Shown here: positions 51,401 through 61,678 of the stretch, piece by piece
How the letters are laid out: every line of letters begins with the position of its first letter
How positions within the stretch are numbered: position 1 is the first letter of the stretch
Origin: Octopus bimaculoides
Taxonomy: Eukaryota
Length of the DNA: 64,000 nt
Assembly (NCBI RefSeq): GCF_001194135.2
Contig: NC_068981.1
Coordinates: 35,519,358-35,583,357, forward strand
Direction of reading: 5' to 3'
Notes under the pieces: model-generated
Told to the model about the DNA's origin: nothing
What the model saw: only the letters and a program-made list of their open reading frames with translations
Databases searched by the model: none
Translations under genes and position numbers: made by a program

Positions 51401-54036
51401 ATGCTGAAGGGTTAACAGCACCTGCCAGATTGTAGGTGACTGAGAAATATAAAGATTTTGAGTGATAAAGATGTTGGTGAAGGTGGGGTAGGAGTACACA
51501 GGGATGCCTTCTGCATGGAAAACATAATTAAGTATAGGGTTAACATACTTAATGTAATGAACTACAAGATATTTTATTAAAATTATCTGTAGTAAAAAGA
51601 AAACAAAAATCATTTGCTTCGCTGATTAATTCTGATCAAGAAATGCAAGGGAAGAAACTAAAATTTAAATACATAAAAATTGAATGAAGAGTGACTCTGA
51701 TCTTTGGTGAGAACTTCAGGTGTATTTCAGATTTATTTGGCTTCCTCAGCAAAGCAAAATGTTACAATTTTCTGTAACCATACTTGTCCACTCTAATTTT
51801 TTACTCTTGTGTAACCTCACTAATATATCAACTCTTTGAACTTGTCTTTACATTTTTTTTTACTTTTAATAATACTTTCATCTAATTAATATCTCTGTTT
51901 TTAAATAATTAGGTTGTGAATGAAGTAGATGAAAGTTTGTATTGTTTGGATCATGCACTTGCTCACATCCAAAAGAAGCGAAACCTGAAAGCCTGTAAGC
52001 TTTATTACAGATTTTCTGATGTAAGTTTTTAATCTCTTACTTATTTCCTTTTCTAATATTTATACTTAACTATTCCTCTTCTCTTTATTTATTTCTCGTG
52101 TGTGGGGGAATATTATGGGAATTTACTTTCAGTATGGTGGGATTGGTGGTGGAGGAAAAGGAATGTAGCAAAAGTGTTGATTTTAATTTTAAAGCTGTGA
52201 TTGGCTAAGTTAGATAAGGAAACAGTGGTAAGTTAACATTAGGCTACAACAGACTAGAATAGCTAACCGCAATAATGTTTTGGATGAAAGTATTATTTTT
52301 CTCTTTTCCTAATGGTCACTGAGCAGTGTCTGTATCTTGTAAGAAATGATTATTGTTGATTAACTCTCAAGATGATAATTAGATTTTGAAAACTGTTTGT
52401 TTTGATTGCATTTCCTCCTGATTGATCATTTATGAATTTTGGGTAACTGAAAGATATAAATGGACACAGAGTGAAGAGTTTCCTCTGTTATGTTCTTAAC
52501 TGTTTCACTGGGATCAGGGGAGTCATGAAAAACCCTATTCAAGAGCTTTGGAACAACATATTGGTCTGACTCTTCAGATATGCAAATAGGATGAAAGGCA
52601 AACCTCAGCTCAACTTGAGCTGAGATTTCATATTATTTGAGTTGAAGTCTAACCACTGATGTTATTTATTAACATCTCAAACATGGAATATCTATATTTT
52701 ATTCAACTTATTTCACATATTCTTTGAATGACATGCCATAAGGAAATATGAAGACCAGGATCCAAGCCATACTGTGAAGTCTCAGGCTGTTTGAACCTAT
52801 TTGTTGTCGTTAAAGCATGGAATCCCTATTTTAAAAATAACAAATAGATTTGGCTACTAATATTGAGAGTTAAGAAGGTGGTGAATTGGTAGAATCATCA
52901 GCATGCTGTACAAAATGCTTAACATTTCTTCTAGCTTTACCTCTTCAGTTCAAATGCTTTTGAGGTTTATGAAATACATACCAGTTGAGCTCTGGGGTCA
53001 ATGTAATTGACTTGCTCTTCCTCCCAAAATCTCAGGCCATGCACCTACATTGGAGGGGTGTGTGTGTGATTTTAAGACTGTTGTCTTGGACTAACTATGT
53101 AACGAGTTTAACTCTGATAAATTGGGAGATCTGAGACTTTATAGTGTGCTTGAATTTTTTTATTATAGCATTAAAGCGTTGAGTTCAAAGCTTGATGCAT
53201 GAAATAAGTTGAATATGCTGGGAGGGTTAACTGGATAATTAGGTTCATGTAGAGGGTTAACTGGATAATTAGGTTTATGTAGAGAGAAGTTTAGTTGATA
53301 TATAGATCAATAAAAGTGTAAACATGTTTATACTCTGTAGCTAAGATAGTATGTGTAATGAAAGCATCATTAGAAATTGTGAATTTCAAAATCTCTCAGA
53401 TGTTTGCTAGAATTCTCTATTATATGTGCATTTACAGATTTTAAAATGTCTTCTGTGTATTTGTTTGTGTCTGTGTGTGTGTATCATCATAATCATTGTT
53501 TAATGTCTGCCTTCCATGCCGGCATATATGTCATCGTCATGACATATGTGCCCGCAATACATATATATATATTTGTATATATATGAAGGCAATACATATA
53601 TATATTTGTATGTGTGTGTATACAAACATACACGAGTTGAACGGCAGAATTGGTGGCAAACAATACAAAATATTTTATAGTATTTACTTACACTCTTTAT
53701 GTTCTTTGTTCAAATCACTCTACATCGACTTTCATTTTCAACCTTTATGTATTGTTAAAGTAACAGTCAGATACAAGGATTAATATATTTTAACAAACAC
53801 GCACATGCACACAATAAAACTGTATGGATTTGTACTTATGTTAAAAACCATTATATACATATATGTATGTCTATATGTACACATATATTTATTTTTTAAT
53901 TTTATGTTTCAAGGAAAATCTCGAGGAACTTCTGAAAATAGCTTCCAACCGGTTATGCATGAAGGAAACTAACAATGCTATTACTGATCCTAGTCCGAAA
54001 CGAAAATCAGTGAAACGCCCAGAATCAAAAAGCTGA
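21848..54036 (+). CDS. JARID2: Protein Jumonji / JARID2 orthologue, joined CDS of 20 visible exons, 5'-partial
   Basis: Manual splicing gives one open frame of 4,062 nt (428+146+224+420+946+206+71+82+126+192+93+119+71+115+109+183+131+169+108+123). All introns are GT-AG with compatible phases. Diagnostic JARID2 motifs: [45 protein letters not shown], JmjN, RWGPN, ARID, JmjC, zinc finger. Confidence 0.96.
22396..22720 (+). mobile_element. tRNA-derived SINE-like family D copy
   Basis: GGCACATGGCTCAGTGGTTAG (A box) ... GAGTTAGATTTC (degenerate B box), then GAGCAAGACACTTTATTTCATGTTGCTCC; others at about 8705-8960, 46995-47290, 62720-62870. Confidence 0.75.
22984..23409. mobile_element. piggyBac-type MITE (family E) interrupted by a SINE-like insertion
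   Basis: TTAA|CCCTTTAGCATT ... AATGTGAAAGGG|TTAA; uninterrupted copy at 55758-55943; insert at about 23013-23224. Confidence 0.8.
24197..24342 (+). CDS. JARID2: JARID2 exon 2 (K116-like motif and [11 protein letters not shown])
   Basis: tttcag|G ACT AAA ATT CAT GCA CAA AGA AAA TTT GCT CAG ... TTA AGA G|gtaaga. Confidence 0.95.
24469..24692 (+). CDS. JARID2: JARID2 exon 3 (GSSVLP, Ser-rich)
   Basis: catttcag|GT AGT TCT GTC TTG CCA ... TTC CAT|gtaagt; phase 1 to phase 0. Confidence 0.9.
26113..26532 (+). CDS. JARID2: JARID2 exon 4 (basic linker)
   Basis: ttttatcag|GTT GTT CGC ... TCT AAG|gtaaat; 140 codons open, in frame with ORF 26197..26646. Confidence 0.85.
27100..27930. mobile_element. 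Cluster of degenerate piggyBac-type MITE copies (family F)
   Basis: Repeated body CTTCCATCAAAATTTCATG...CCAGCTTAATAATGACAAAGTTATTTTAC at about 27313-27520 and 27695-27925, with a reversed copy at about 27100-27250; same family at 56243 and 60610. Confidence 0.6.
28426..28635. repeat. Fold-back (palindromic) element, about 210 bp, MITE-like
   Basis: About 80-bp arms TTTAGAAGGTTGATTGT... and ...ACAATCAACCTTCTAAA are imperfect reverse complements; a further inner stem is present; TA-rich flanks. Confidence 0.85.
28816..29761 (+). CDS. JARID2: JARID2 exon 5 (large basic, Ser/Thr-rich linker ending KRRGRPP)
   Basis: tttgtttcag|AAC TCC AAC ... CCA CCT A|gtgagt; matches ORF 28807..29814. Confidence 0.88.
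33204..33409 (+). CDS. JARID2: JARID2 exon 6 (JmjN domain)
   Basis: aatacag|TT GGG AAG ... TGG AAG|gtattg; [40 protein letters not shown] is a typical JmjN. Confidence 0.96.
34200..34270 (+). CDS. JARID2: JARID2 exon 7
   Basis: ttttag|CTT GAA AGC ... AAT CG|gtaagt; [17 protein letters not shown]. Confidence 0.94.
34314..34377. repeat. (CT)n microsatellite
   Basis: Direct reading; 44 nt downstream of the exon 7 donor. Confidence 0.97.
35458..35539 (+). CDS. JARID2: JARID2 exon 8 (start of ARID)
   Basis: tatatag|A TGG GGT CCA AAT ... CCA CTG|gtaaat; [16 protein letters not shown]. Confidence 0.94.
36000..36380 (-). mobile_element. Family A-related copy containing a 27-bp minisatellite
   Basis: Unit GTGGCACCAGCCACAAGCGCTTCTGAC repeated 3-4 times at 36157-36260. 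Confidence 0.7.
36501..36626 (+). CDS. JARID2: JARID2 exon 9 (ARID core)
   Basis: cattttaag|ATT GGT GGC ... AAA CAA|gtaagt; [40 protein letters not shown]. Confidence 0.96.
36734..36925 (+). CDS. JARID2: JARID2 exon 10 (end of ARID)
   Basis: ttattag|GCC CAG GAT CGG ... GCA AAG|gtaatg; [20 protein letters not shown]. Confidence 0.95.
37939..38592 (-). mobile_element. Two family A copies (about 37939-38158 and 38443-38592)
   Basis: Both begin with a CAT/CGT tail followed by TTTAAYGTCYGCTTTCCATGC. Confidence 0.8.
39370..39462 (+). CDS. JARID2: JARID2 exon 11
   Basis: acttccag|GGT AAA ACA ... GTT GAA|gtaagt; [25 protein letters not shown]. Confidence 0.93.
40995..41113 (+). CDS. JARID2: JARID2 exon 12
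   Basis: aatttcag|TCA GAT TAC TGG ... ACC AA|gtaagt; [30 protein letters not shown]. Confidence 0.94.
41290..41590 (+). mobile_element. RTE-clade LINE reverse transcriptase fragment, degenerate
   Basis: YKDRGEA...SYR / [44 protein letters not shown]...KAFGKV matches the RT motifs NYRGI, QFGFxxGRxT and KAFDRV. Confidence 0.8.
41790..42015 (+). mobile_element. Family A copy, opposite orientation
   Basis: ...CAACCCATGCCAGCATGGACAATAGACGTTAAATGATGATGAT. Confidence 0.8.
43148..43218 (+). CDS. JARID2: JARID2 exon 13 (JmjC start)
   Basis: atttcag|A CAT GGC TGG AAC ... CCT G|gtgagt; [20 protein letters not shown]. Confidence 0.96.
44437..44551 (+). CDS. JARID2: JARID2 exon 14 (JmjC)
   Basis: gtttag|GT GTT ACA ... 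ATT TG|gtaagt; [39 protein letters not shown]. Confidence 0.96.
45558..45666 (+). CDS. JARID2: JARID2 exon 15 (JmjC)
   Basis: ttaacag|G TAT TCC ATT CCA ... ATT ATG|gtatat; WYSIP. Confidence 0.92.
46070..46460 (-). mobile_element. Internally deleted RTE/BovB-like element (5' UTR joined to 3' end)
   Basis: Minus strand reads CCTTGTTGCAGTGTGGTGGTTTGTGTG...GGCCTCCCATGCTAGACAGATCAAAGGATAGAGGCCAGAC, later [17 protein letters not shown] like an RTE C-terminus. Confidence 0.5.
46600..46915 (-). mobile_element. Family A copy
   Basis: (CAT)n tail plus consensus. Confidence 0.85.
47558..47740 (+). CDS. JARID2: JARID2 exon 16 (JmjC end)
   Basis: ctttcag|ATG AAT CCT ... GCT CAG|gtaatt; [30 protein letters not shown]. 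Confidence 0.96.
47883..48052 (-). mobile_element. Family A copy
   Basis: CATCATCATCATTAAACGTCTG...GGATGCCCTTCCTAATGCCAACC. Confidence 0.75.
48162..48540. repeat. Direct repeat with 336-bp period running into the gap
   Basis: ATAAAGTGAAGTATATTGCCACTTAA(A/G)TGTGGCTGACCCCTAG at 48162-48204 and 48498-48540. Confidence 0.85.
48541..48913. other. Assembly gap (373 N) in the JARID2 intron between exons 16 and 17
   Basis: Run of N; the flanking exons join in frame, so no coding exon is required inside the gap. Confidence 0.99.
49195..49325 (+). CDS. JARID2: JARID2 exon 17
   Basis: gttctag|GTT TTG CGA ... GCC AT|gtgagt; [10 protein letters not shown]. Confidence 0.92.
50310..50750 (+). mobile_element. 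Two tandem family C copies immediately upstream of JARID2 exon 18
   Basis: Same consensus; the second copy ends about 25 nt before the acceptor at 50773. Confidence 0.8.
50774..50942 (+). CDS. JARID2: JARID2 exon 18 (start of C5HC2-type zinc finger)
   Basis: attatcag|A GAA CAT GAA ... TCC ATG|gtaaaa; [18 protein letters not shown]...[13 protein letters not shown]. Confidence 0.95.
51190..51415. mobile_element. piggyBac-type MITE (family E), reverse orientation, degenerate left end
   Basis: Reverse complement of the family E body; ends AATGCTGAAGGG|TTAA. Confidence 0.65.
51913..52020 (+). CDS. JARID2: JARID2 exon 19 (zinc finger end)
   Basis: aattag|GTT GTG AAT ... TCT GAT|gtaagt; [13 protein letters not shown]...KLYYRF. 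Confidence 0.95.
53222..53281. repeat. 30-bp tandem duplication
   Basis: GAGGGTTAACTGGATAATTAGGTT(C/T)ATGTA repeated twice. Confidence 0.95.
53914..54036 (+). CDS. JARID2: JARID2 terminal coding exon
   Basis: gtttcaag|GAA AAT CTC ... AAA AGC TGA; ends with basic [10 protein letters not shown] (NLS-like). Confidence 0.9.
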   Translation, partial: ENLEELLKIASNRLCMKETNNAITDPSPKRKSVKRPESKS

Positions 54037-55020
54037 ATACTGACTAGCCAAATCTGTTGAACTTTAGACAGAAAGTCTGATTAATGGCGAATAGTTATTA
54101 CCGTATGTTCATCATCTACTTGGCTTGTGAATCATACAAGAAGATCTCTTTTGTTCAGTCAAGCTTTGATTTTCAGAACTCTGCTGTGATATAATCTGAA
54201 TTACTGATGTTTATGGATGGGAGAAACAAACCAACCAGACTTATACATTAATTCACTCAACATTCACACCACTGTTCTCTCTTTCTCCCTCTTTACATGT
54301 GCATATATTCTGAGATAGCTTGTAACAGAAAAAAGATACATTCAACATGGAAATAAATTTATCTTGTGTATTTCCTACAAAAAGCTAGGCGAAGAAAGAC
54401 TTAAAAAGAAAGAAGTAAATTTTTCAGTTGAAAGTACTGTCAATCATAATTGTGTTTATTTACAGATTTTAAAATATGATAATGTCAACATTTAAAAAAA
54501 AAATTCTTTTAAATATTGAGTTTTATTTATTTGTTTCACGGGAAACATATGTCAGCAGCTATTGTCACGGGTCGTTGAGCAGTTTATATTTTTATCAAAG
54601 TGAAGAAAATATTATTTATTCTTCTGATTTGATATGCATCCATTTAATTTGATAGTTTTTCAGTTTTCACTAATTAGATTGAAATTTTTCTTTTTGTTCA
54701 TATTTATGTCACAACAAGCTGTTAGACTTAATGAATTCTTCATCCTTACATTATTCTATCACTGTACCTAATATTTTTTTGTTTAATTGATTTCAAAGCA
54801 TATTTATTGAACTTCATATGTAGACATTTGACAGAAATGGTTTACATCAAATTAAAAAAAAAAAGGAAAAGAAAAATGAAGAAAACTTATGGTGTATCCT
54901 TTGTAATCACTTGCTATTTTTGTTGTAGTTCTCTTGAACTAAAACTGTGCCTTGCAGTAAATATCATTCCTCTGCATTTATATCACACCATTAATGCTCA
55001 GTTGGGAAGTTTTTGAAGGA
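54037..55020 (+). other. Probable JARID2 3' UTR (true end not determined)
   Basis: U/A-rich, non-repetitive sequence after the stop; AATAAA at 54352-54357. The end coordinate is a guess. Confidence 0.5.
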
Positions 55021-55757
55021 AATGATTGTACTATATTTATATATTTCCCAGTAAGTTTAGTGTAATGTTCAAAGTATACTTTCCTCTTCTCTTTATTACT
55101 CCATAGGTTTATAATCAACAGTGGTTAAGCCTAGGTTACTGACTCCATAGGGTATTGAGTTAACATCTTGCCACCACTAAGTGAAGTATATTTCCTTTAT
55201 TTGTCTCGAAAATACTTAACATTCCCATTTTACTATTTAGTAGCTGAATTTGCATAATCTATAATAGCAGAGATAAATGGTTGCTTTTCTGTTTTACTTT
55301 TTTAATCCTTCACTGTTCCTAGAAGACGTAAAAGGGAGTGGGGCTAGAGTTTATCCTAATCTTTAAGAAGCTTAAAGCACTTGGGAGACATCTTCTGAAG
55401 GGACTCTCTCTGTAACAGAATTCCAATCTAATGGACCTAGGATTTCATGCTAACAAAATGTCCACAGGTTATTCAGTGCTTCTACTATGTATTAGAAGTG
55501 CAGTATACTGCCTTTCAATGACTGTTTACATTCAGGTAGACTGATTCTTAGTGATGACAAGACACAGAATAAAACAATGCCAGTAATGAGATGTGAACCA
55601 TCGACCCTTTATTTAAAGAGCCAACCTCTTAAGGGGGATTTTGGCCAGAAGCAACTGTTTGATAATTGAGCATAAAGTAAAACATAATCATGCTAACAAA
55701 CTGGAACACATAGTGAAGAATTGTTTTTAAGTATTATTTAAAAATTCAGAGCATAAT

Positions 55758-55943
55758 TTAACCCATTAGCATTTAAATTTATCATATTCGGCCCAAATAT
55801 TCTAACAGTTTTCTGTTCAAATTGGCCACTTCTGACCTAATGTCATCAAAATCACAAAACTATGAGATAATGCATGATTAATTGAAAACAATGTGAATAA
55901 ATAAGCATCATATTTGACAGTAATCTGAATGCTAAAGGGTTAA
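55758..55943. mobile_element. piggyBac-type MITE (family E)
   Basis: TTAA|CCCATTAGCATT ... AATGCTAAAGGG|TTAA with TTAA target duplication. Confidence 0.82.
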
Positions 55944-56242
55944 GAAAGGAATTTTTTGAGAGAGAGAGAGAGAAAGAATGAAATTAAATTTTTGAATAAA
56001 ATAATATTGGTTCCTTAAGTTTACATTCATGGAATTGTTTTTTTTTTCTTTTTCCAAATTTAAAATATTTGAATATAATCTTTTAAACAAAATATTAAAT
56101 AAAGTGTTACATTTAAGTAGTGAGATGCTTTTACTCTCACTGTTCATTAATTTAGTTGCTATCAAGGCCAGCTCATTGTACAACAGCCTCTGGCAATTAT
56201 TTCAGAGCACAAAATGCTAACAAGTAGCATTTTTTTATCTGT

Positions 56243-56495
56243 TTAACCCTTTTGATATCAACTCTGATTCAATGGTATAAAATTTCTTGTTTCAAATTGT
56301 TCATATTTAAAGTAAAACCTTCCATCATTATCTTAAATCAGAAATTTCTGTTAATTCATGTTCCAAATACCAGCTTAATAATAATGATAATGATAATAAA
56401 AGTTTATTGAATTCCTCTGGATCTTGATTATTTTCAAAATTAATTGATACATGTGGACTATGTATTTTATGAGAAATATGTCCTGGAAATGTTAA
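56243..56495. mobile_element. piggyBac-type MITE (family F)
   Basis: TTAA|CCCTTTTGATA start; family F body. Confidence 0.65.
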
Positions 56496-59400
56496 ACCAT
56501 CAAAATACAAAGACAAAATAAAAAAGAGAATTTTTAATCACGTTCAAAAGTTCTAAAAAAACATATTGTAAAACTTTTCAACATTCTTTCTGTCTCTCTC
56601 ACTCCCTCAGTAAACATTGTCATAGTGACAGTTCTAATACACCAAACTTTGCGATACAGGGGCGCCAAAGCTTAGCTTGAATGGGGTCTCAGGAATTTTA
56701 GAGCCAGCCTTGGTGTCTATATCAGGATTATAAAACAACAGTTTTTATTATTTATTTAATTTTGTTTGTTGGTTTCTTTTCAACTTTTTTGTCTTTTGTA
56801 TTTTTTTAACAATCATTTTTATTTCACTGTTAATTTGGATCAACACTCACTATTTATAATATCAATCATTTTTTATTCTTACTGATGGTCTTTCTTCATT
56901 TGCCACCATTAGAGATTTGATTTATTAAAGAACCTTAATTTATTTTTTTTTCCTGACATATATAAATGAAGTGATCTCCTTTTCAATACTTTTTTGTTAA
57001 TGAATTTTGAAACACTTTTTTTTATTTTGAAAGTGGAAATCTTTTGGCTTTAATTCATCTTCTTCCTTAATAATTATGATCTTCACTAAAATGCTGAGTA
57101 TAAAATGATAAATTTCATTTGAAGAAGATATCTGGAGAACATTTAGCTTTTCAGCTGAATTAAAAATTTTTTTTTTTTTTTTCACTGGTGGTTATGTTCT
57201 TTCATCTAATTGCATTTCTTGAATAACATTCAGATATCTAAAATAAAAATGTTTTATTTATAGATTCTATGATCTGCAACAGCCAACTGAGTACAAACCA
57301 TCAGCTATTTTATCTCATCACAATCAGCCTGATCCTTGAGAAAGGCATTATACCTTACTTGTCAAAAAAAAATATGCACAACCAAGTTGTAAAGGTACTA
57401 AGTGATTATGGACAAGCTTGTTTAAGTAAACAGCTCTACCAGTTTGCAATAAATGCTTTATCTCAGGTCAGATTAGGTTTGTAATGCTGCTGTAAAATAA
57501 GCCCTAACAATGTCCCTTTGTTTCCCAATTTGAAACTTGTATTCTCCTGTCTGCTATGGCGTTGAATCTGCAGAATGGGGACTTTCAGTTTAGGAAAATG
57601 GAACTTTCTTTTATTAAAATTGTTTTTTTGTTTGTTTTGATAACCAGTTCAAAGTTCTACTGGCTAGCCTATGATTTATTCTCCAGTGAGCTAAAAGGTT
57701 ATTAATAAATCTGCATATACTGCCATATCTTGGAAACTATTGGAAATGATGTCCACTTTAATATTCTTAAGAAAAAGAAGAAAAAAATACAAAAAAAAAA
57801 CATTGAAAATCCTTAATAGAAATCTTGAAATAAATTATATTTAAACAAAAAAATATTGCTTGTAGCAATTATTCAAGAAACTTGGCAGGGGTAGTATCAG
57901 GGTTTAGATAATGGGCATTCCAATATTATCGAGGTAATTTTTTGGTTCCATATTTTATATGCTTTCCTCTGAAATATTTGTATGAATTCCTTAACAACAA
58001 CAAATAACAATGTTGAAGAATTTCTATTGCGTATTGTATTTGCATTTACTGTTTTATTTTATAAATAACACCTGTATCACATAAAATTGTAACAACGAGA
58101 GGAAGTATTATATTTTCTATTTCTTGTTCAGTATTACTTCCATACAGATCTCCATTTCCTCATCTATACATATTTATAACATATACACTATATATATACA
58201 CATATATGTATAATATTTATAATATATATTTAGAGTATATAAATATATAATGTATATATACATGTGTATGTCTATATATATATATATATCTTGGTTCTAA
58301 TTTTGACACAAGGCCATCAATTTCAAGAGGAAAAGATAAGCCAATACCATCGACCCCAGTTCTCATTGGTTACTCTATATTAAAAAACCTTGGAGGGTTG
58401 GTAGGCAAAGTTGACCTCGGCAGGATTTGAACTCGGAATGTAAAGAGCCACAAGGGCATTTCTTCTGACTCTTTACTGGTTCTGCCAGCTTGCCTTAAAT
58501 ATATATTTGACATTAACACTCACACACATTTATATCTAATACACACCCATTCTTTTACTACTTTTAGTCATTGGACTATAGCCATGCTGGGGCAACACCT
58601 TCAAGGAGTTTTAATTGAGCATATCAGCCCCAATCTTATACTTATTTATTGGTGTGTATTTATCAAGTGTCTAAGATACCTTCTCTCTGGCAGTTTTGAT
58701 TTTTAGCTGGTTGTGTTATGTTAAACATATGCACAAACTTGGATGGGCATGGACTCATATATATATATGCACACAGGATTCTGCACAATTTCACTCACAA
58801 AGTATTGGGGCAACTTTGAGCTATACATAGAGGCCTTTACTGAAGGTATCATGCAGTATTATCAAACTCAGAATCTCTTAGTTGTGAAGTAAAATTCTTA
58901 ATCATAAGCCATGGCTGCGCTACATATATATAAACATGATATTGAATGTTAGACATTATACATATGTATATATGTGCGTGTGTGTGATATAATATACAAA
59001 ACATATATCATCATCATTGTTTTAACATCAAGTGTTCCATGCTTATATGGGATTTGTTGAGGCAGATTTACTGTGACCAGATACACTTCCTGTTGCCAGA
59101 CTTGATTGCAGGCAAGGAAATATTTCATGTTTCATGAAATATTAGAAACAAATGACACTGCTTATAAGATGGTGATACTTGTTTCAACACAACATATGAG
59201 AGAGAGAGAGTATGCGCTAATTGCTAAATGGGTAGCTGTTTTTCACATCATAATTCAGATAAGGCTTACATCATTTGAATTGTATTGTTTCTTGTGGAGA
59301 CTCATAAAAAAGGGGGAAAAAATACCTGGTTGGCACTTGTGGTCAAAAGCACATTTTTAAAAGGTGTTATAATAATTTTTAAGTTTAATTTTGCAATTTG

Positions 59401-60034
59401 GTTAAACTTCACTCTCCTTCTTCTGCATTTCATATTGATGTGTCTATGTGCACACTCACACTTGTATATGCATGCATGTGTGTGTGTGTATATATATATA
59501 TATATAAACATACACACACATGTAAATTTGGATTTTATTTATTGCCATGTGTTTTGCTTTCTTTTGTTCTGTTGGTCTGTTTTGTGTTCCAGGACAAACC
59601 TCCACATACCCACAAAAAAAGGAAAAAAATGTTGGAGGCTGATTTTTATTTATATATTTATTTGCTCTTGATATTTATCAATTCCATATTTTCATGGATT
59701 TCTTCATGTTTTTTTTTTAACTAATAATAACAACATTAATATTGTTGATGATGAGGAAAATATGAATTTGAGAAAAGAAAGAAAAAAAAAATGAGTAAAA
59801 AATGAGAAAGTTTAAGTCAGTGCATTTTGTAAGGGAATGGAAACTGAACTATGTATTGATTAAAGCTTGGTTTAGAGATGAACCTTGTTTTGGCAAAGAG
59901 TTTGATAAATAAACTGAAAAGTTGCAGCTATTGACCAAAGTTTCTTCATAAAAAGTATTGAAAAGACTGCTGATGGAGAATTTATTTCTTGAACTGATGA
60001 GAAGCTTACTTGATGGTTGTGACCAGTAAATTTT

Positions 60035-60070
<36 letters not shown>

Positions 60071-60240
60071 CACACACACACATACAGTCAGACACTCAAT
60101 GTACTATGTCCTGCTTGGCAATAAAAAAAATGACATTAATTATTCAACTAGAATTGATGGAAAAGTTCACTGATTTTGTTGTTGATTTAAATTGTTATCA
60201 ATTTATTGTATTTTTTTTTCTCTTTTCTTTCTCTCTGTTT

Positions 60241-60440
60241 TCATCATCGTTTAACGTTCGCCTTCCATGCTAGCATGGGTTGGATGATTTGACTGCGGAC
60301 TGGTGAACCAGATGGCTGCACCAGGCTCCAATCTGATCTGGCAGAGTTTGTACAGCTGGATGCCCTTCCTAACGCCAACCACTCCGAGAGTGTAGTGGGT
60401 GCTTTAACGTGCCACCGGCACGAAGGCCAGTCAGGCAGTA
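60241..60440 (-). mobile_element. Family A copy
   Basis: TCATCATCGTTTAACGTTCGCCTTCCATGCTAGC... Confidence 0.85.
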
Positions 60441-60548
60441 AAGATATTTTTCAGGGAAAATACCAGTATCGGAACTATAGATATTTCTGTTCTTAATTGG
60501 GACCTCAAGTTAAAAAGTTGAAAAAAAATCTACATGTCAGTTATAGAT

Positions 60549-60582
<34 letters not shown>

Positions 60583-60607
60583 TTAAAACAAGGCTATGTT
60601 GAAATTT

Positions 60608-60838
60608 CGATCCTTTTGGTACCATCTTGACTGACACCGTCCCTGGCTTTATGATACAAACTTCATGTTTAAAATGATCTAAATTAGAACCTTCCATCAA
60701 AATTCTGTGTTAATTTATGTTTTAAAAATCTAGCTTAATAATGACAAAGTTATATCGTCCAAAAATTATCATTATTTTCAAAATTAATTGAAACAAAAGC
60801 AGTGTATTTTAACAAAAATCTGGTAACAAAGAGGTTAG
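60608..60838. mobile_element. piggyBac-type MITE (family F), degenerate ends
   Basis: Family F body; ends ...AACAAAGAGGTTAG. Confidence 0.6.
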
Positions 60839-61081
60839 ATATAAAGCTTATAAATGAAATGAAGCCGGATTAAATTGCAAATTGATGCATAATTGCATCA
60901 ATAATTACAGATTCCCAGTGGATCAGTTATTGGTTTACTTTATTCCTCTGGTTGCAAGGCTAACAAAAGAGAGTGGAATAAATGGTTTAAATGAATTCAT
61001 TTGACAAGCACTGGGTTTTCAGTTTTCACTTAGGGGGTTGAAATCTATTGCTGATATGCATCAATAAAAAATGTGTGTGTG

Positions 61082-61119
<38 letters not shown>

Positions 61120-61121
<2 letters not shown>

Positions 61122-61678
61122 TTAACTGGCAATGAACTCACTTGAAAAGACATTCGAGCGAGTTCATTGCCAGTACCCCTGGACTGGCTCCTGTGCAGGT
61201 GGCATGTAAAATACACCATTTCGAGCATGGCCGTTGCCAGTACCTCCTGACTGGCCTTCATGCCAGTGGCACGTAAAAGTACCCACTACACTCTCGGAGT
61301 GGTTGGCATTAGGAAGAGCATCCAGCTGTAGAAACTCTGCCAAATCAGATTGGAGCCTGGTTCACCAGTCCTCAGTCAAATCATCCAACTAGCATGGAAA
61401 GCGGACGTTAAACGATGATGATGATGATGATGAACTTTAAATGACATCTGTGCATTGTAGTTGTGGTCGTTGGTTGTAGTCATTGTGGTCGTTGCTGGTG
61501 TAAATGGCACATAAAAGCATCCATTACACTCCTGGAGTGGTTGGCATTAGGAAGGGCATCCAGCTGTAGAAACTATTCCAAATCAGACTGGACCCTGGTG
61601 CAGCTCTCCAGTTCATCAACTCCAGTCAAACTGTCTAACCCATGCCAGCATAGAGAGCAGATATTAAATGATGATGAC
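61120..61678 (+). mobile_element. Two family A copies, opposite orientation (about 61120-61432 and 61490-61678)
   Basis: Both end in ...TTAAA(C/T)GATGATGA tails. Confidence 0.8.

Larger units (their letters stand above)
55323..57935 (+). pseudogene. Decayed APPBP2/PAT1-like TPR gene relic in several collinear pieces
   Basis: 55323-55555 reads GVGLEF..IFKKLKALGRHLL...*...LMDLG...GYSVLLLC...IQV, then LSD after a frameshift. 57264-57466 ends VVKVLSDYGQACLSKQLYQFAINALSQ. 57655-57702 reads FYWLAYDLFSSELKGY. 57849-57887 reads KNI.VAIIQE.LA with compensating indels. These match the recalled human APPBP2 motifs in the same order; contains stops and frameshifts. Confidence 0.6.

Noticed and set aside
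53521-53552. 14-bp stem hairpin GGCATATATGTCAT-CGTC-ATGACATATGTGCC
   Set aside because: Embedded in TA-rich low-complexity sequence next to a truncated family A tail; most likely a local slippage or inversion product.
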